From Candidatus Ozemobacteraceae bacterium (GTDB lineage: Bacteria > Muiribacteriota > Ozemobacteria > Ozemobacterales > Ozemobacteraceae): a DNA stretch of 64,000 bases. Below the pieces are notes generated by a model. That model was not told the origin of the DNA and ran no database searches. It saw only the letters and a program-made list of their open reading frames with translations. The position numbers were made by a program, and so were the translations under genes. How positions within the stretch are numbered: the first letter of the stretch is position 1; the number at the start of each line of letters is the position of its first letter. The stretch spans positions 448,001 to 512,000 of the forward strand of contig OZ223236.1 of the NCBI GenBank assembly GCA_965140445.1, given 5' to 3'. This document shows positions 49,810-60,228 of this stretch, one piece after another.

Positions 49810-50985
49810 ATGAAAAGTGTTGGATTCTTAAATCTTCCAGGTTGGCAAGGCGAGCTACAGAAAATTTTGACCAAAAATTCTCTGGAAAGTATTTTGAGAG
49901 CTCCAGTTGCTGGTTCGGAAAATGTTGAATATCCATGGGCAGCACTTGAAACGGAAGAATTTTTATCAGCAGTCGAAACTGGAATTCATTTTGCGGGCGG
50001 TTCAGCAGTAAAAAGCTGGACAAAAAAGGTAATTACTACTGACTCAAGTGTAGCTTCTGACAGAATTTTAAAAGGTTTATTTAACTCTACTTATTTTTAT
50101 GGAGCCATTGGCGGAACCTTTTCCTTTTTTAAAATGCTTGGAGAGGATTTTTCATCTCCGGGAATAAAAAGAATAATCGTTCAGAATGATGCTGTTTCCG
50201 GATACGTTCTTTCAAGGGTAGAAAAATTTGGAAAAACTATTGAAGAAGCTACCCATGAAGCACAGTGGGATGGCATTGCTACTGAAAATCCTAACCCGCA
50301 TCTTCATGGAATGGTAACTAGAAACAGACTTTCACTGCAAATGGCTGAAGCTTTTAATGTGTTTACAGCTCCAGAGAATATTTTTTGTGAAGGAATCAGT
50401 ACACTGAGTCCTGAAGATGTTTTAATCAGCAAAGAGTTAAATTGTTCTATCCGGTTATTGGGAATTGGTGAAATAGAAGATGGCGAGATCAAAGCATGTG
50501 TCGGGCCTTGTATTATTCCTGACAAATACTTTCTTGCTCAGGCCAGAGGCGGATCTGAGATAATCTATGCTCAGGATGTAAACGGTGGCTCGCAGGTTTT
50601 TGCCTGTCCAGGAACCTCTAATGAACAGATTATTAGAGGAGTATTGTCTGATCTATTTTCTGCCGAATGTAAAAAGAAGAAACCGATAGTGCTTCAAAGC
50701 CGTTGTTCATCTATTCCGGGGAAATTTTATATTAGAATTTCCTTAGTTAATCTTGCAGATACTTTATCCCAGATTTGTGGAATTTTTGTGGAAAACTCAA
50801 TAGAAATTGAATCTATTTTTCAGGATTTTAAAAAGCTTGTTTCACGAGAAACCGATGATTCAGAGCTCGAAGCGGTACTCTTTACCGGTGAAACAAGCAA
50901 CGAAAAGATTGCTGATGTTTGCCGAATCATAGGCGAAAAAGCAAGATTGGCTACTGTTAAATCTTGCTTTAGATTCATTCGGTAA
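49810..50985 (+). CDS. Homoserine dehydrogenase-like protein with ACT domain, catalytic motifs degenerate
   Basis: Hom-like segments (YVLSRV...G..IEEA..EAQ..G, EGISTLSPEDV.....L...IRLLG, VGP..IP, FYIRI...N....L..I..IF....I.IESI.Q) but no GxGxxG and no conserved catalytic residues. Confidence 0.7.
   Translation: MKSVGFLNLPGWQGELQKILTKNSLESILRAPVAGSENVEYPWAALETEEFLSAVETGIHFAGGSAVKSWTKKVITTDSSVASDRILKGLFNSTYFYGAIGGTFSFFKMLGEDFSSPGIKRIIVQNDAVSGYVLSRVEKFGKTIEEATHEAQWDGIATENPNPHLHGMVTRNRLSLQMAEAFNVFTAPENIFCEGISTLSPEDVLISKELNCSIRLLGIGEIEDGEIKACVGPCIIPDKYFLAQARGGSEIIYAQDVNGGSQVFACPGTSNEQIIRGVLSDLFSAECKKKKPIVLQSRCSSIPGKFYIRISLVNLADTLSQICGIFVENSIEIESIFQDFKKLVSRETDDSELEAVLFTGETSNEKIADVCRIIGEKARLATVKSCFRFIR
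50838..50853. promoter_or_regulatory. Possible parS site
   Basis: TGTTTCACGAGAAACC is 14/16 to TGTTTCACGTGAAACA, about 3 kb from oriC. Confidence 0.35.
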
Positions 50986-50990
50986 TTTCA

Positions 50991-52202
50991 ATGTTTTTAA
51001 ACGGCGATGTCTTAGTTCAAAAATTCGGCGGTTCTTCTATGGCCTCCGTAGATAGAATCAGAAGAGTTGCTCAAAGAGTTGCAGACAAAGCTTCACGCGG
51101 GCATCGAGTGGTAGTTGTGGTTTCTGCCATGGGGGACACTACAGACGACTTGATCGGCTTGATGGAAAAAGTTTCAATTGATCCAAACAGGCGAGAGTTG
51201 GATCAAATGATGGCTACCGGAGAGATGGTTAGTTCAGCCTTAGCCGCTGCGACACTACAATCTATGGGGGTCAGAGCCAGATCTTTTAATGCTTTTAATC
51301 TGCATTTGCTTTCCGGACTGGAAAACGGGGAATATAACATTCAACAAATTGGTCGGTTAAATAATCTGGCTAGATTTCTGGAACCTGGATCTGTGGCTGT
51401 TGTTGCTGGTTTTCAGGGAATAACCGGAGAAGGTGATTTAACAACTCTTGGTCGTGGCGGTTCAGATCTTACTGCAGTTGTATTAGCCAGAGAGCTTGGG
51501 CAAAAGGTTTGTGAGAAATACACTGACGAAGATGGGGTTTACACTGCAGATCCTCGCCATGTCCCGCAGGCAAGAAAAGTTTGGCATTTAAATTACGACG
51601 AAATGAAAACTCTTGCTTTATACGGCAATGGAATTCTTCATCCGAGAGCAATTTGTTGTGCCAAAGAGTCTGAAATAAGAATTCATGTGAGATCAAGTTT
51701 TACCAAAGCAGAGGGAAGTGTTATAGGGCCAACAGGCGATTCAAGTGTTCCGGTTAAAAGTATTGCTGTTCAATCAAAAAATGTTATTTCTCGAATCGAA
51801 GGGGTTAGAAAACTACATCCTGTTTTTTGGAGCGAATTAGACTCCTCAGGAATTAAAGTTTTGCTTAGAGAATGGAAAGAATACAATCAAAACCAGGGAA
51901 GTTTAAGATTAGGCTTTTCCAGAGATGAAGCTTTTTCTGCCATCCCATTTTGTTGGGACCAGGCTGTTAAACTTGAGGCTGACGAAGTTGAAAATTTTTC
52001 CAATGTTAATACTATATCCATAGTTGGTGATGGCATAGCCACCAACTTAAATCTTGTTAAAAAATTTCTTAAAAAACTTAATGAGGAAAAGATTTTTCCT
52101 ATAATCGTCGACCACCACGGAATAAGGCTAAGCCTATCTGTGGAAAATCCTGATTCCAATCGGGCTTTAAAAGCTTTGCACGACTTAATTTCATTTGAGT
52201 GA
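50991..52202 (+). CDS. lysC: Aspartate kinase
   Basis: VQKFGGSS, VVVVSAMGDTTD.L, AGFQG, TTLGRGGSD, DGVYTADPR. Confidence 0.92.
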   Translation: MFLNGDVLVQKFGGSSMASVDRIRRVAQRVADKASRGHRVVVVVSAMGDTTDDLIGLMEKVSIDPNRRELDQMMATGEMVSSALAAATLQSMGVRARSFNAFNLHLLSGLENGEYNIQQIGRLNNLARFLEPGSVAVVAGFQGITGEGDLTTLGRGGSDLTAVVLARELGQKVCEKYTDEDGVYTADPRHVPQARKVWHLNYDEMKTLALYGNGILHPRAICCAKESEIRIHVRSSFTKAEGSVIGPTGDSSVPVKSIAVQSKNVISRIEGVRKLHPVFWSELDSSGIKVLLREWKEYNQNQGSLRLGFSRDEAFSAIPFCWDQAVKLEADEVENFSNVNTISIVGDGIATNLNLVKKFLKKLNEEKIFPIIVDHHGIRLSLSVENPDSNRALKALHDLISFE

Positions 52203-52294
52203 TTTTTTCCTTCATATCTGATCCATATACGCCGATATAAGGGAGACGGAAGCTTCAAAAGGAGCTTCAAATTCCTTAAAAAACGGGTAAACAA

Positions 52295-54352
52295 TTGGGT
52301 CTCCAGACCATAAAGAGCAAACGAATCTATAGAGCATTTCTGTGCTTGATGGCCATCAATTTTTTTGTTGGTTCAGTTTTTCCTGCACATGCTTTTGACG
52401 TTCCTTCAATAGACGCGCAAAAATTTCCTGTTGAGGTCTATGGAGATTACCTTGAGTATAGAACTAAGGACGAACAGGTTATTACCAAAGGCAAGGCTTA
52501 TATTTCATATAAAGATATGAAAATAAGTGCTGAAAATATCCAGGCCAACACAAAAACTGAAGATATTTTTGCCCAGGGAAATGTGGATTTTTGGAAAGGC
52601 TTTGACCAGACCAAGGGCGATTTCATGGTTTACAATATGCGCACTGGCGAAGGCTGGATGAGAGATGCGGCAATTATTAAAAACCGAAACTTTTTTAAAG
52701 CTAAAGATGTTTATGTTAGCCCCAGATACAGCATTGCCCATGAAATTTTGCAAACAACCTGTGAAAATTTTGATCATCCGCACTATCGTATAACAGCTGA
52801 ATCTATCGAAACTTATCCTGGCAAATCAATGACCATGGAAGGCTTAAGAGTGAAGTGGAAGGGAAAATCTCTCTATCACAAGGCCAAGGAATATTCTTCT
52901 TTCCAGAAAAAAGAGAAATTTTTCAATACCAGACAGGGTCTTTCTCAGATTGATGGAATGTATTTTAAATTCACTACTGATCTTATGGTAAATCAAAGCA
53001 TTAACGGGCGTTTTAGTGCCGACTATTTTGAAAAACGTGGTAATGCTATTGGTTTTAACGGAACCTGGAACTCAGAAAGAAGTGGAAACGGTTCTATCTA
53101 TTTTTACAATTTAAATGAAACAAAACGTGGACATAACAACCTACAGGTTAATTTGACCCACAGTCACCGTTTTCAAGGTGGGGAAACTTTAAATACCAGC
53201 TTGAACTATACCGGTGATAAATATACTGGCCAACCTGAAAACAAGGACTTAACAGTTCAAGTTAACTATAGGCCAGTCCTTAAGTTTATGACCATGAGTG
53301 TAACTGCCAATAAATTTTATGACCTTGATGGCGATGATTACACTCTTGATAACGGTTACCAGCTTTTAAACCGATTGCCTGAACTGAATTTCAGTTTTCC
53401 GGCATATACCTTTCCTGTTTTACCTTTAACCATGAATTTCTCTGGTATGTATGGCCGTTATGAAGAAGGCGCATTGAATGATAAAAAAGATACCGAGAAA
53501 AAGGACTTCAGATTTAGTTTCACTGTTCCAACAGTTCAAGTTCACCCAAGATTTAGTCTTACTCCTTCATACAATTTCCAGAAGAGTTTTTACTCAGGCG
53601 GAATAGAACGAGAAAATGGAACAACTATGGTTCGAGCCAACCATAAATTCTCAAAAATGGCTAATATGGAATTTAACTACAACATTTCTACCTCGAAAGG
53701 TAAATCTCCTTTCCAGTTTGATTCATTTACTTCGACTGATATTCTCTCAACCAGATTGAGATTTGCTGAGAATTCATGGTCTTTTAATCCTATTAACTTC
53801 AATTACAACAGAGTTTCAAGTCGATTAGAGCAGGTTTACTGGGATTTTTCGAGAAGATCCAGACCTGATGCCTACAGAAATTGGGAATTCTTTGTTCGAC
53901 GTGACTATGTTCCAGATCCAGTAGCTTTTTCAAAAATGGATCTTACCAAGCTAACTCCCGGTAACCTCAATATGAGATACCGAATGTCTTCAAATTTATG
54001 GTCTTTTGATACAAGCGTTACTTATCCACACGAGTATGGAAGAATCACCGATACCTCTTTCAATTATCGAGCAGTTATCAGACCTTTGTGGGCAGTAACT
54101 ACAAGTGGTCACTACAGTCATTTAAACAAAAAATTCAGCCCTCTAACTATAGGTATTACAAGAGATTTGCATTGTTGGGAAGCAAGAGCTGAATACAATC
54201 ATGAGCGAAAAGAATTCTGGCTTGAATTTTATCTGAAAGCCTATCCAAGTGATACAGGGCGATTTAGATACGGAGCCGATAACAATAAACTAGAGGCTAA
54301 ACTTGCCGCTTACGACCAGCTAACAGACAGATATGAAGGCCTTGGTTATTGA
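52295..54352 (+). CDS. LptD/OstA-like outer-membrane protein
   Basis: OstA-like N-terminus (VEVYGDYLEY...I.AQGNV), TTC....PHYRI.A..I, aromatic beta-barrel, RDLHCWE near the C-terminus. Confidence 0.78.
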   Translation: MGLQTIKSKRIYRAFLCLMAINFFVGSVFPAHAFDVPSIDAQKFPVEVYGDYLEYRTKDEQVITKGKAYISYKDMKISAENIQANTKTEDIFAQGNVDFWKGFDQTKGDFMVYNMRTGEGWMRDAAIIKNRNFFKAKDVYVSPRYSIAHEILQTTCENFDHPHYRITAESIETYPGKSMTMEGLRVKWKGKSLYHKAKEYSSFQKKEKFFNTRQGLSQIDGMYFKFTTDLMVNQSINGRFSADYFEKRGNAIGFNGTWNSERSGNGSIYFYNLNETKRGHNNLQVNLTHSHRFQGGETLNTSLNYTGDKYTGQPENKDLTVQVNYRPVLKFMTMSVTANKFYDLDGDDYTLDNGYQLLNRLPELNFSFPAYTFPVLPLTMNFSGMYGRYEEGALNDKKDTEKKDFRFSFTVPTVQVHPRFSLTPSYNFQKSFYSGGIERENGTTMVRANHKFSKMANMEFNYNISTSKGKSPFQFDSFTSTDILSTRLRFAENSWSFNPINFNYNRVSSRLEQVYWDFSRRSRPDAYRNWEFFVRRDYVPDPVAFSKMDLTKLTPGNLNMRYRMSSNLWSFDTSVTYPHEYGRITDTSFNYRAVIRPLWAVTTSGHYSHLNKKFSPLTIGITRDLHCWEARAEYNHERKEFWLEFYLKAYPSDTGRFRYGADNNKLEAKLAAYDQLTDRYEGLGY

Positions 54353-54421
54353 TAATCAGGGTTGAATATTGGTCCTCAGCTGTGTATTATTAGGCAACCC
54401 GCCATACAGGAGGACAGTTTT

Positions 54422-54856
54422 ATGAAAATTTTTGCTGGTTCTGATCACGGCGGTCTTGCCCTTAAAAAGTTTCTCATTAAAAATTTAATAGAAGCTGGTC
54501 ATGAAGTTGAAGACCTGGGTACAGACACTAATGATTCATGCGATTACCCCGATTATGCACATGCTGTTGCTGAGAAAATTTTAAAAACCCCTGGTTCTAA
54601 AGGGCTTTTAACATGTGGTTCAGGAATTGGGATTTCAATAGCAGCTAACCGTCACAAAGGAATAAGAGCAGCTCTTTGCCACAACAGCCTTGAAGCAAAA
54701 CTTTCTCGCCAGCACAACGATGCAAACATTGTTGTAATGGGGGGAAGATTTATCGGAGAAGCTCTAGCACTAGATATTATGGAAGCTTTTCTTGCAAATG
54801 ATTTTGAGGGCGGTCGCCACGAAACAAGAGTCAAGAAAATCGAGATTACTGAATAG
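54422..54856 (+). CDS. rpiB: Ribose 5-phosphate isomerase B
   Basis: SDHGG, DYPDYA, CGSGIG.SIAANR, SRQHNDAN, FEGGRH; AGGAGG RBS. Confidence 0.96.
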   Translation: MKIFAGSDHGGLALKKFLIKNLIEAGHEVEDLGTDTNDSCDYPDYAHAVAEKILKTPGSKGLLTCGSGIGISIAANRHKGIRAALCHNSLEAKLSRQHNDANIVVMGGRFIGEALALDIMEAFLANDFEGGRHETRVKKIEITE

Positions 54857-54868
54857 ATCGGAGTAAAA

Positions 54869-55498
54869 ATGTCAAAAGTAACTGTTGTTGATCACCCGCT
54901 TGTCAAACACAAAATCACTCTTTTGAGGTCTAAACATACAGATACTCAAAGATTTAGAGATTTAATGCAGGAACTTTCACTTCTGCTTGCTTATGAATCA
55001 ACCAGAAGTATTCCATTAGAAGAAACCACCTGCGAGACACCTCTGATGGAAACAAAAGGACATTTGATTTCTACTCAGACAATCGCAATAGTTCCAATTT
55101 TAAGAGCTGGGCTAGGAATGGTTGATGGATTGATGAAATTTATTCCCATGGCAAAAGTTGGCCATGTTGGATTGTATAGAGATCACGACACATTAGAACC
55201 AATTGAGTATTACTCAAAATTTCCTCAAAAAATGGAAACAATGGAAGTTTTTGTTGTAGACCCGATGCTCGCAACTGGCGGATCTGTAGCTAAAGCCATT
55301 GAGATTGTTAAAGATTCAGGGGCAAAAAATATTAAATTTTTATGCGTCGTTTCCTGTCCTGAAGGTATTGCCTGTTTGCAAAAAGCACATCCTGACGTAG
55401 ACATTTTTACTTGTGTAATTGATGAAAAATTGAATGAGCTTGGCTATATTCTTCCTGGTCTTGGAGATGCTGGAGATAGATTATATGGAACAAAATAA
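54869..55498 (+). CDS. upp: Uracil phosphoribosyltransferase
   Basis: [36 protein letters not shown]. Confidence 0.97.
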   Translation: MSKVTVVDHPLVKHKITLLRSKHTDTQRFRDLMQELSLLLAYESTRSIPLEETTCETPLMETKGHLISTQTIAIVPILRAGLGMVDGLMKFIPMAKVGHVGLYRDHDTLEPIEYYSKFPQKMETMEVFVVDPMLATGGSVAKAIEIVKDSGAKNIKFLCVVSCPEGIACLQKAHPDVDIFTCVIDEKLNELGYILPGLGDAGDRLYGTK

Positions 55499-55967
55499 CG
55501 TGAAAAATGAACCCAAAAGACCTAGCTGGGATCAGTATTTTTTAAAGATTTCCAAGTTAGTAGCTGAGCGTTCGACTTGTATGAGAAGGCAAGTTGGTGC
55601 TGTCATTACAAAGGAAAATCGAATTCTTGCAACCGGATACAACGGTGCGCCTAATAATGTCACCCACTGTTTCAAACGCCCGGGCGGCTGTTTGCGCGAA
55701 GCTAGAAATATTCCTTCAGGACAAAGACAGGAATTATGCATTGGTTTGCACGCAGAACAGAATGCTATTCTCCAGGCTGCAGCTTTTGGTGTATCATTAA
55801 AGGGAAGCGATGTTTATTGCACACACCAGCCATGTGTAACATGCGGAAAAATGCTAATAAATGCAGGAATCAAACGAATTGTATTTTTGGGGTCTTATCC
55901 AGATGAGTTATCACTGGAGATTCTAAAAGAAGCAGGTATTATACTCGAAAGGATTGATCTCGAATAA
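55485..55967 (+). CDS. dCMP deaminase (ComEB-like)
   Basis: [34 protein letters not shown]. Confidence 0.92.
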   Translation: MEQNNVKNEPKRPSWDQYFLKISKLVAERSTCMRRQVGAVITKENRILATGYNGAPNNVTHCFKRPGGCLREARNIPSGQRQELCIGLHAEQNAILQAAAFGVSLKGSDVYCTHQPCVTCGKMLINAGIKRIVFLGSYPDELSLEILKEAGIILERIDLE

Positions 55968-55970
55968 CTC

Positions 55971-57242
55971 ATGTCAAAGATCATAATCAACGGCGGAAAA
56001 CCACTTTCAGGAACAGTAAGTATCGGAGGAGCAAAAAACGCTGCTTTGCCGATAATGGCAGCTACTATTTTATGCTCAGAGCCAGTTGTTTTATCAAATA
56101 TTCCAGATTTGAACGACGTTAGAACAATGATTAAAGTTCTGGAAGCTCTAGGTGTAAAGTGTGAAAAACTGAAGGATGGAGTCTATAGATTTGACCCTTC
56201 TGCCGGAGTTACAGAAGAAGCCCCATATGAATTTGTTAAAGACATGCGAGCCAGCTTTTTTGTAATGGGTCCGTTGCTTGCTAAATTAAGAAAAGCAAGG
56301 GTTCCACTCCCTGGCGGATGTGCTATTGGTGTAAGACCTGTAAATATTCACTTAAAAGGATTTGAAGCACTTGGAGCTGAAGTTTCAATTGATGGCGGAT
56401 GTGCCGTTGCTGTCGCTGACAAACTTGTTGGCAATAAGATAATGCTGGACTTTCCTTCGGTCGGGGCTACAGAAAACCTTATGATGGCCGCGACTCTGGC
56501 AGAAGGCACTACAATTATTGAAAATGTAGCTCAGGAACCTGAAATCGTTGATCTCGCTAACTTTCTAAAATCAATGGGTGCTGAGATTGAAGGTGCCGGA
56601 AGCCCATGTATTACTGTTTATGGTGTTGAGAAACTTACCAGCAGTGAGTATTCTGTCATTCCAGATAGAATTGATGCGGGAACTTTCCTGGTTCTGGGTG
56701 CTATCAGTGGCGGCCCGATCGAAGTTCAGGATTGTGAACCAGATCATCAGCATGCCCTATTAAACAAGCTTTCAGCAATGGGTGCCAAATTTGAGATTGA
56801 AAAAAGAAAAATAACTGTTTCTGCTCCAGCTCGCTTGAAAGCTGCTGAAGTTAAAACTCTTCCATTTCCAGGGTTTCCTACAGATATGCAAGCTCAGTTA
56901 ATGGTAGCAATGTGCGTTGCTGATGGTACTTCATTTATAAGTGAAACCATATTTGAAAATAGATTTATGCATGTTTCTGAAATAGCGAGAATGGGTGCCA
57001 AAATAAAAATCCACGACAGAACAGCTGTTATTGATGGAGTAGAAAAGCTTCATGGAGCGCCTGTTTCTGCAACAGATCTACGCGCAGGAGCAGCAATGGT
57101 GTTAGCTGGTCTGGTTGCTGATGGCACTACAGAAATCAGTAAGACTTTCCATATTGATCGAGGGTATGAAAACCTTGTCGGTCGTTTGATTAAACTTGGC
57201 GCAGATATACAACGAATTGAAGACCCTGAAATAGATGAATAA
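55971..57242 (+). CDS. murA: UDP-N-acetylglucosamine 1-carboxyvinyltransferase
   Basis: GAKNAALP, PGGCAIG.RP, SVGATEN, PGFPTDMQ, DLRAGA, HIDRGYE. Confidence 0.97.
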   Translation: MSKIIINGGKPLSGTVSIGGAKNAALPIMAATILCSEPVVLSNIPDLNDVRTMIKVLEALGVKCEKLKDGVYRFDPSAGVTEEAPYEFVKDMRASFFVMGPLLAKLRKARVPLPGGCAIGVRPVNIHLKGFEALGAEVSIDGGCAVAVADKLVGNKIMLDFPSVGATENLMMAATLAEGTTIIENVAQEPEIVDLANFLKSMGAEIEGAGSPCITVYGVEKLTSSEYSVIPDRIDAGTFLVLGAISGGPIEVQDCEPDHQHALLNKLSAMGAKFEIEKRKITVSAPARLKAAEVKTLPFPGFPTDMQAQLMVAMCVADGTSFISETIFENRFMHVSEIARMGAKIKIHDRTAVIDGVEKLHGAPVSATDLRAGAAMVLAGLVADGTTEISKTFHIDRGYENLVGRLIKLGADIQRIEDPEIDE

Positions 57243-57251
57243 GAGCGGAGG

Positions 57252-58967
57252 TTGCTAATGCCGGAAGCCGTAAAATACCAGGAATTGATTAACGGACTTT
57301 CCAGTTCTAATAGAGAGGAAAAGATTTTATCTATTAAGGCTATGAGCCTTATTAAAGTGCCTGAGCATGCGGATCTTCTCGCCGATTTGCTCTCATCGCC
57401 AGATGAGGAAATTGTAGAGCAGGTTATTTTGGCACTCGGAAAAATTGGTAACCCTGGCTCTGTTAAATACATCCTTGAGTTTATACTTGGGGATAAAGGA
57501 AAGCTCGCGGATGTTGCTTTTAACGTCCTGAGTAGTTTCTACATTGCCTCAGCAGTTGATGTTGTAATTAAAGCAGCTGGGAGCGATCAGCCTGTAGAAA
57601 TCAGAGAAAAGATTATCAAACTTCTGTTGCCATATGAAGAAGTTAGAGTTTCAGCCCTTATGAGTGAGATTCTTGGACAAACCCAGGATCCCAGAATCCT
57701 GACTCTTGCCATAGGCTATTTTATTTCTTTCCCTTCAACTGAAAGACATTCTGTTTTAAAAGTTTTGTCGAATAGTGGACAATGGGAGATCTCTCTGGCC
57801 GCCAATATCGCTTTATCAAGGCTTAAAGATGAGGGTGCGTTTACTCAAATCCGTAGACTTGTTAAATCTCCAAACTCAGAAGTCAGGCAGATTATCGTCG
57901 ATTCAATAAATAAATACCCATTAATTGAAGACAGAAAAATATACCAAAGTTTATTTGAAGATCAGAAAACGGTTATTCGTAAAAAAGCTCTCAAAGGCCT
58001 AAACATGTTTGGCGCTGATGAAAGAATAAAGATTTTAAAAGACTGGTTAAACCGTGAAACTGATGGAACACTTAAGCTCGCGCTTCTTGAAAGAGCGGCA
58101 AAAGAAAATTCTTCATTATTTTATGATGAGTTTATCGGAATTCTTTCTGATTCTGGTTCAAAAAATAAATCACTGGCTGTAGATGCTCTTTCAGGTATGT
58201 CTGAGCGTGTTGTGGACAGAATATTAATCGACTTTGATAGAATGGCCCTCGTTGTCCGTGAGCAGATGGTTCTTGTTTTAGGCAATATAGGTGGAAACAA
58301 GGTAATTCAGACTATCAAAGATTGTTTAAAAGCTAAAGAGCGTTGGCTGAAGATCAATTCGATTGAGGCTTCTGTAGCTTTGAATAATGAAGAACTTCTG
58401 CCTGATCTGGTAGCCTTATTATCTAACAAGGATACTGATCCCTGGGTTAAAGCAACCCTTGTTACGGCTTTGGGAAGGCTCAAAGCTTACGACTGCTCCG
58501 ATCTTATTGCAAAGCAGCTTGACGCCTCTGATGCTCGCGTAAGAGCAAATGCCATCGAAGCCCTTTCCATGCTTGAGTGGGAAAATTTGAATAATGAATC
58601 TATGAGGCTTTTAAAAGACAGAAACGACAGAGTTCGCGTGAATGCGGCGATTGCCTTGTGGAAATGTGGAAACATGGAAGTATTTTCCGAGCTGGAAAAG
58701 ATGTCAGGTGATAAGAGTAAGTGGGTTAGATCTTCAGCTGTTTACGCCCTTGGTAAACTTAATGATAGAGAAGAGGGCTTACCTATATTACTTAAGATGC
58801 TTTCTGATACTGAGGATGTTGTGTATTTGAATACTATGGAAGCTATGGCTGAATCAGGCGATATGCGAGTAATGGTGCCTTTGTTAAAAGAGGCTGGTTC
58901 AAAAAGGATTCCCGCTGAAGTATATGATCGAATATTAAAGAAGTTTTCAGTCAAACTTATCGAATAA
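57252..58967 (+). CDS. HEAT-repeat protein
   Basis: Repeated D..VR..A..AL motifs throughout. Confidence 0.85.
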   Translation: MLMPEAVKYQELINGLSSSNREEKILSIKAMSLIKVPEHADLLADLLSSPDEEIVEQVILALGKIGNPGSVKYILEFILGDKGKLADVAFNVLSSFYIASAVDVVIKAAGSDQPVEIREKIIKLLLPYEEVRVSALMSEILGQTQDPRILTLAIGYFISFPSTERHSVLKVLSNSGQWEISLAANIALSRLKDEGAFTQIRRLVKSPNSEVRQIIVDSINKYPLIEDRKIYQSLFEDQKTVIRKKALKGLNMFGADERIKILKDWLNRETDGTLKLALLERAAKENSSLFYDEFIGILSDSGSKNKSLAVDALSGMSERVVDRILIDFDRMALVVREQMVLVLGNIGGNKVIQTIKDCLKAKERWLKINSIEASVALNNEELLPDLVALLSNKDTDPWVKATLVTALGRLKAYDCSDLIAKQLDASDARVRANAIEALSMLEWENLNNESMRLLKDRNDRVRVNAAIALWKCGNMEVFSELEKMSGDKSKWVRSSAVYALGKLNDREEGLPILLKMLSDTEDVVYLNTMEAMAESGDMRVMVPLLKEAGSKRIPAEVYDRILKKFSVKLIE

Positions 58968-58968
58968 A

Positions 58969-60228
58969 ATGATTCTTGAAAAAATGCAGACCCCATGGAT
59001 AACCCTAGGTTTTTCGGGGGTCTGTTTGCTTTTATTTGTTATAACAGGTTATTTGTCTAACTTTTTTAAAGTTGACCTGTTTGTTTTGTACAAATTCGGG
59101 GCTTTTTATGGGCCGGCTTTTTTTGACGGTGAGCTCTATAGAGCTGTAACAAACAGTTTTCTCCATAACGATTTGATGCATTTTCTTATGAATATGCTTT
59201 TCTTGTATGTACTTGGAAATGAAGTTGAAAACCGATTAAAAAGAGCAGAGTTCTTTGGTTTGATATTAGCTTCAATTGGTGGAACTGTTTTAGCTGAAAT
59301 GTATTTTTCCCCATTCAAGGTTTCCGTTGGGGCTTCCGGGGTAATTTTTGGGTTAGCCGGGGCAATGCTTTTTTTGATTTTCTTTCGATTTGATGAGCCT
59401 GTTTCATTACGACTGAAAAACTTGTTTGCTCTTATAATTGCTGTCTGGGTTTGTGACCAGGAGTTTTACAAAGGATTTAATGCGGTTGCTGAGCTTAGTA
59501 TTATTCCTCAGGATGTTTCTCACTCAGGGCATCTTGGCGGTGCAATCGGCGGTTCAATATTTTGTTTATGGACATTGCTCTGGAAAAATTTAGAGCTTAA
59601 ATTGGCCTGGAAAAAGGCTGGAAAAGTTTTTTATGGATTTCCATTAACCGTTTTTTTTATTGTGTTTTTAGGTCTGTTTGTTTCATTGCGAGGAACTGTG
59701 CGAACAGAATTACCTGTTTTTGAAATAAACCATTTTGATGGAAAAGCTCTAGAAGCGGCTATAAATAAGACTAAAGAGCTCCAGATAAAGTTTCCGGAAA
59801 AATATGAAACTTACACTTTATTGGCTTATGCGTATTGGAGAAGTGAAAGGGTTGCTTCTGCTACCTTTCAAATCGAGCATGCCATGAAAATGAATCCAGG
59901 AAATAGTTTGGTGCGATTTTTTAAGCTGATGATTGATTTTTCGACGGAAAAATATTCAGATGTTTGCAAGCTCTGTCCGGAATTTTTAGATAAAAAGTAT
60001 CCTTTTGAGGCAGCAATTTTGCCCGTATATGCCGAATCGCTACTTTATGAAAAACGGTTTGTGGAGTCAGAAACTTATTTTATAAGGGCTTTTGAGCTAG
60101 ATAGCATTCGCAAAAGCATGGTTGATAAACTTGAGCGTATTTCTAATGCAACTGAAACCACTAATTTAGATGTTGCAAGCTTCTCCAGGCATTTATTTGA
60201 AAGGTTCAAACCACAAATTAAGAATTAG
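58969..60228 (+). CDS. Rhomboid intramembrane serine protease with TPR-like C-terminus
   Basis: FLH....H...NM, GASG, HLGGAIGG. Confidence 0.9.
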   Translation: MILEKMQTPWITLGFSGVCLLLFVITGYLSNFFKVDLFVLYKFGAFYGPAFFDGELYRAVTNSFLHNDLMHFLMNMLFLYVLGNEVENRLKRAEFFGLILASIGGTVLAEMYFSPFKVSVGASGVIFGLAGAMLFLIFFRFDEPVSLRLKNLFALIIAVWVCDQEFYKGFNAVAELSIIPQDVSHSGHLGGAIGGSIFCLWTLLWKNLELKLAWKKAGKVFYGFPLTVFFIVFLGLFVSLRGTVRTELPVFEINHFDGKALEAAINKTKELQIKFPEKYETYTLLAYAYWRSERVASATFQIEHAMKMNPGNSLVRFFKLMIDFSTEKYSDVCKLCPEFLDKKYPFEAAILPVYAESLLYEKRFVESETYFIRAFELDSIRKSMVDKLERISNATETTNLDVASFSRHLFERFKPQIKN

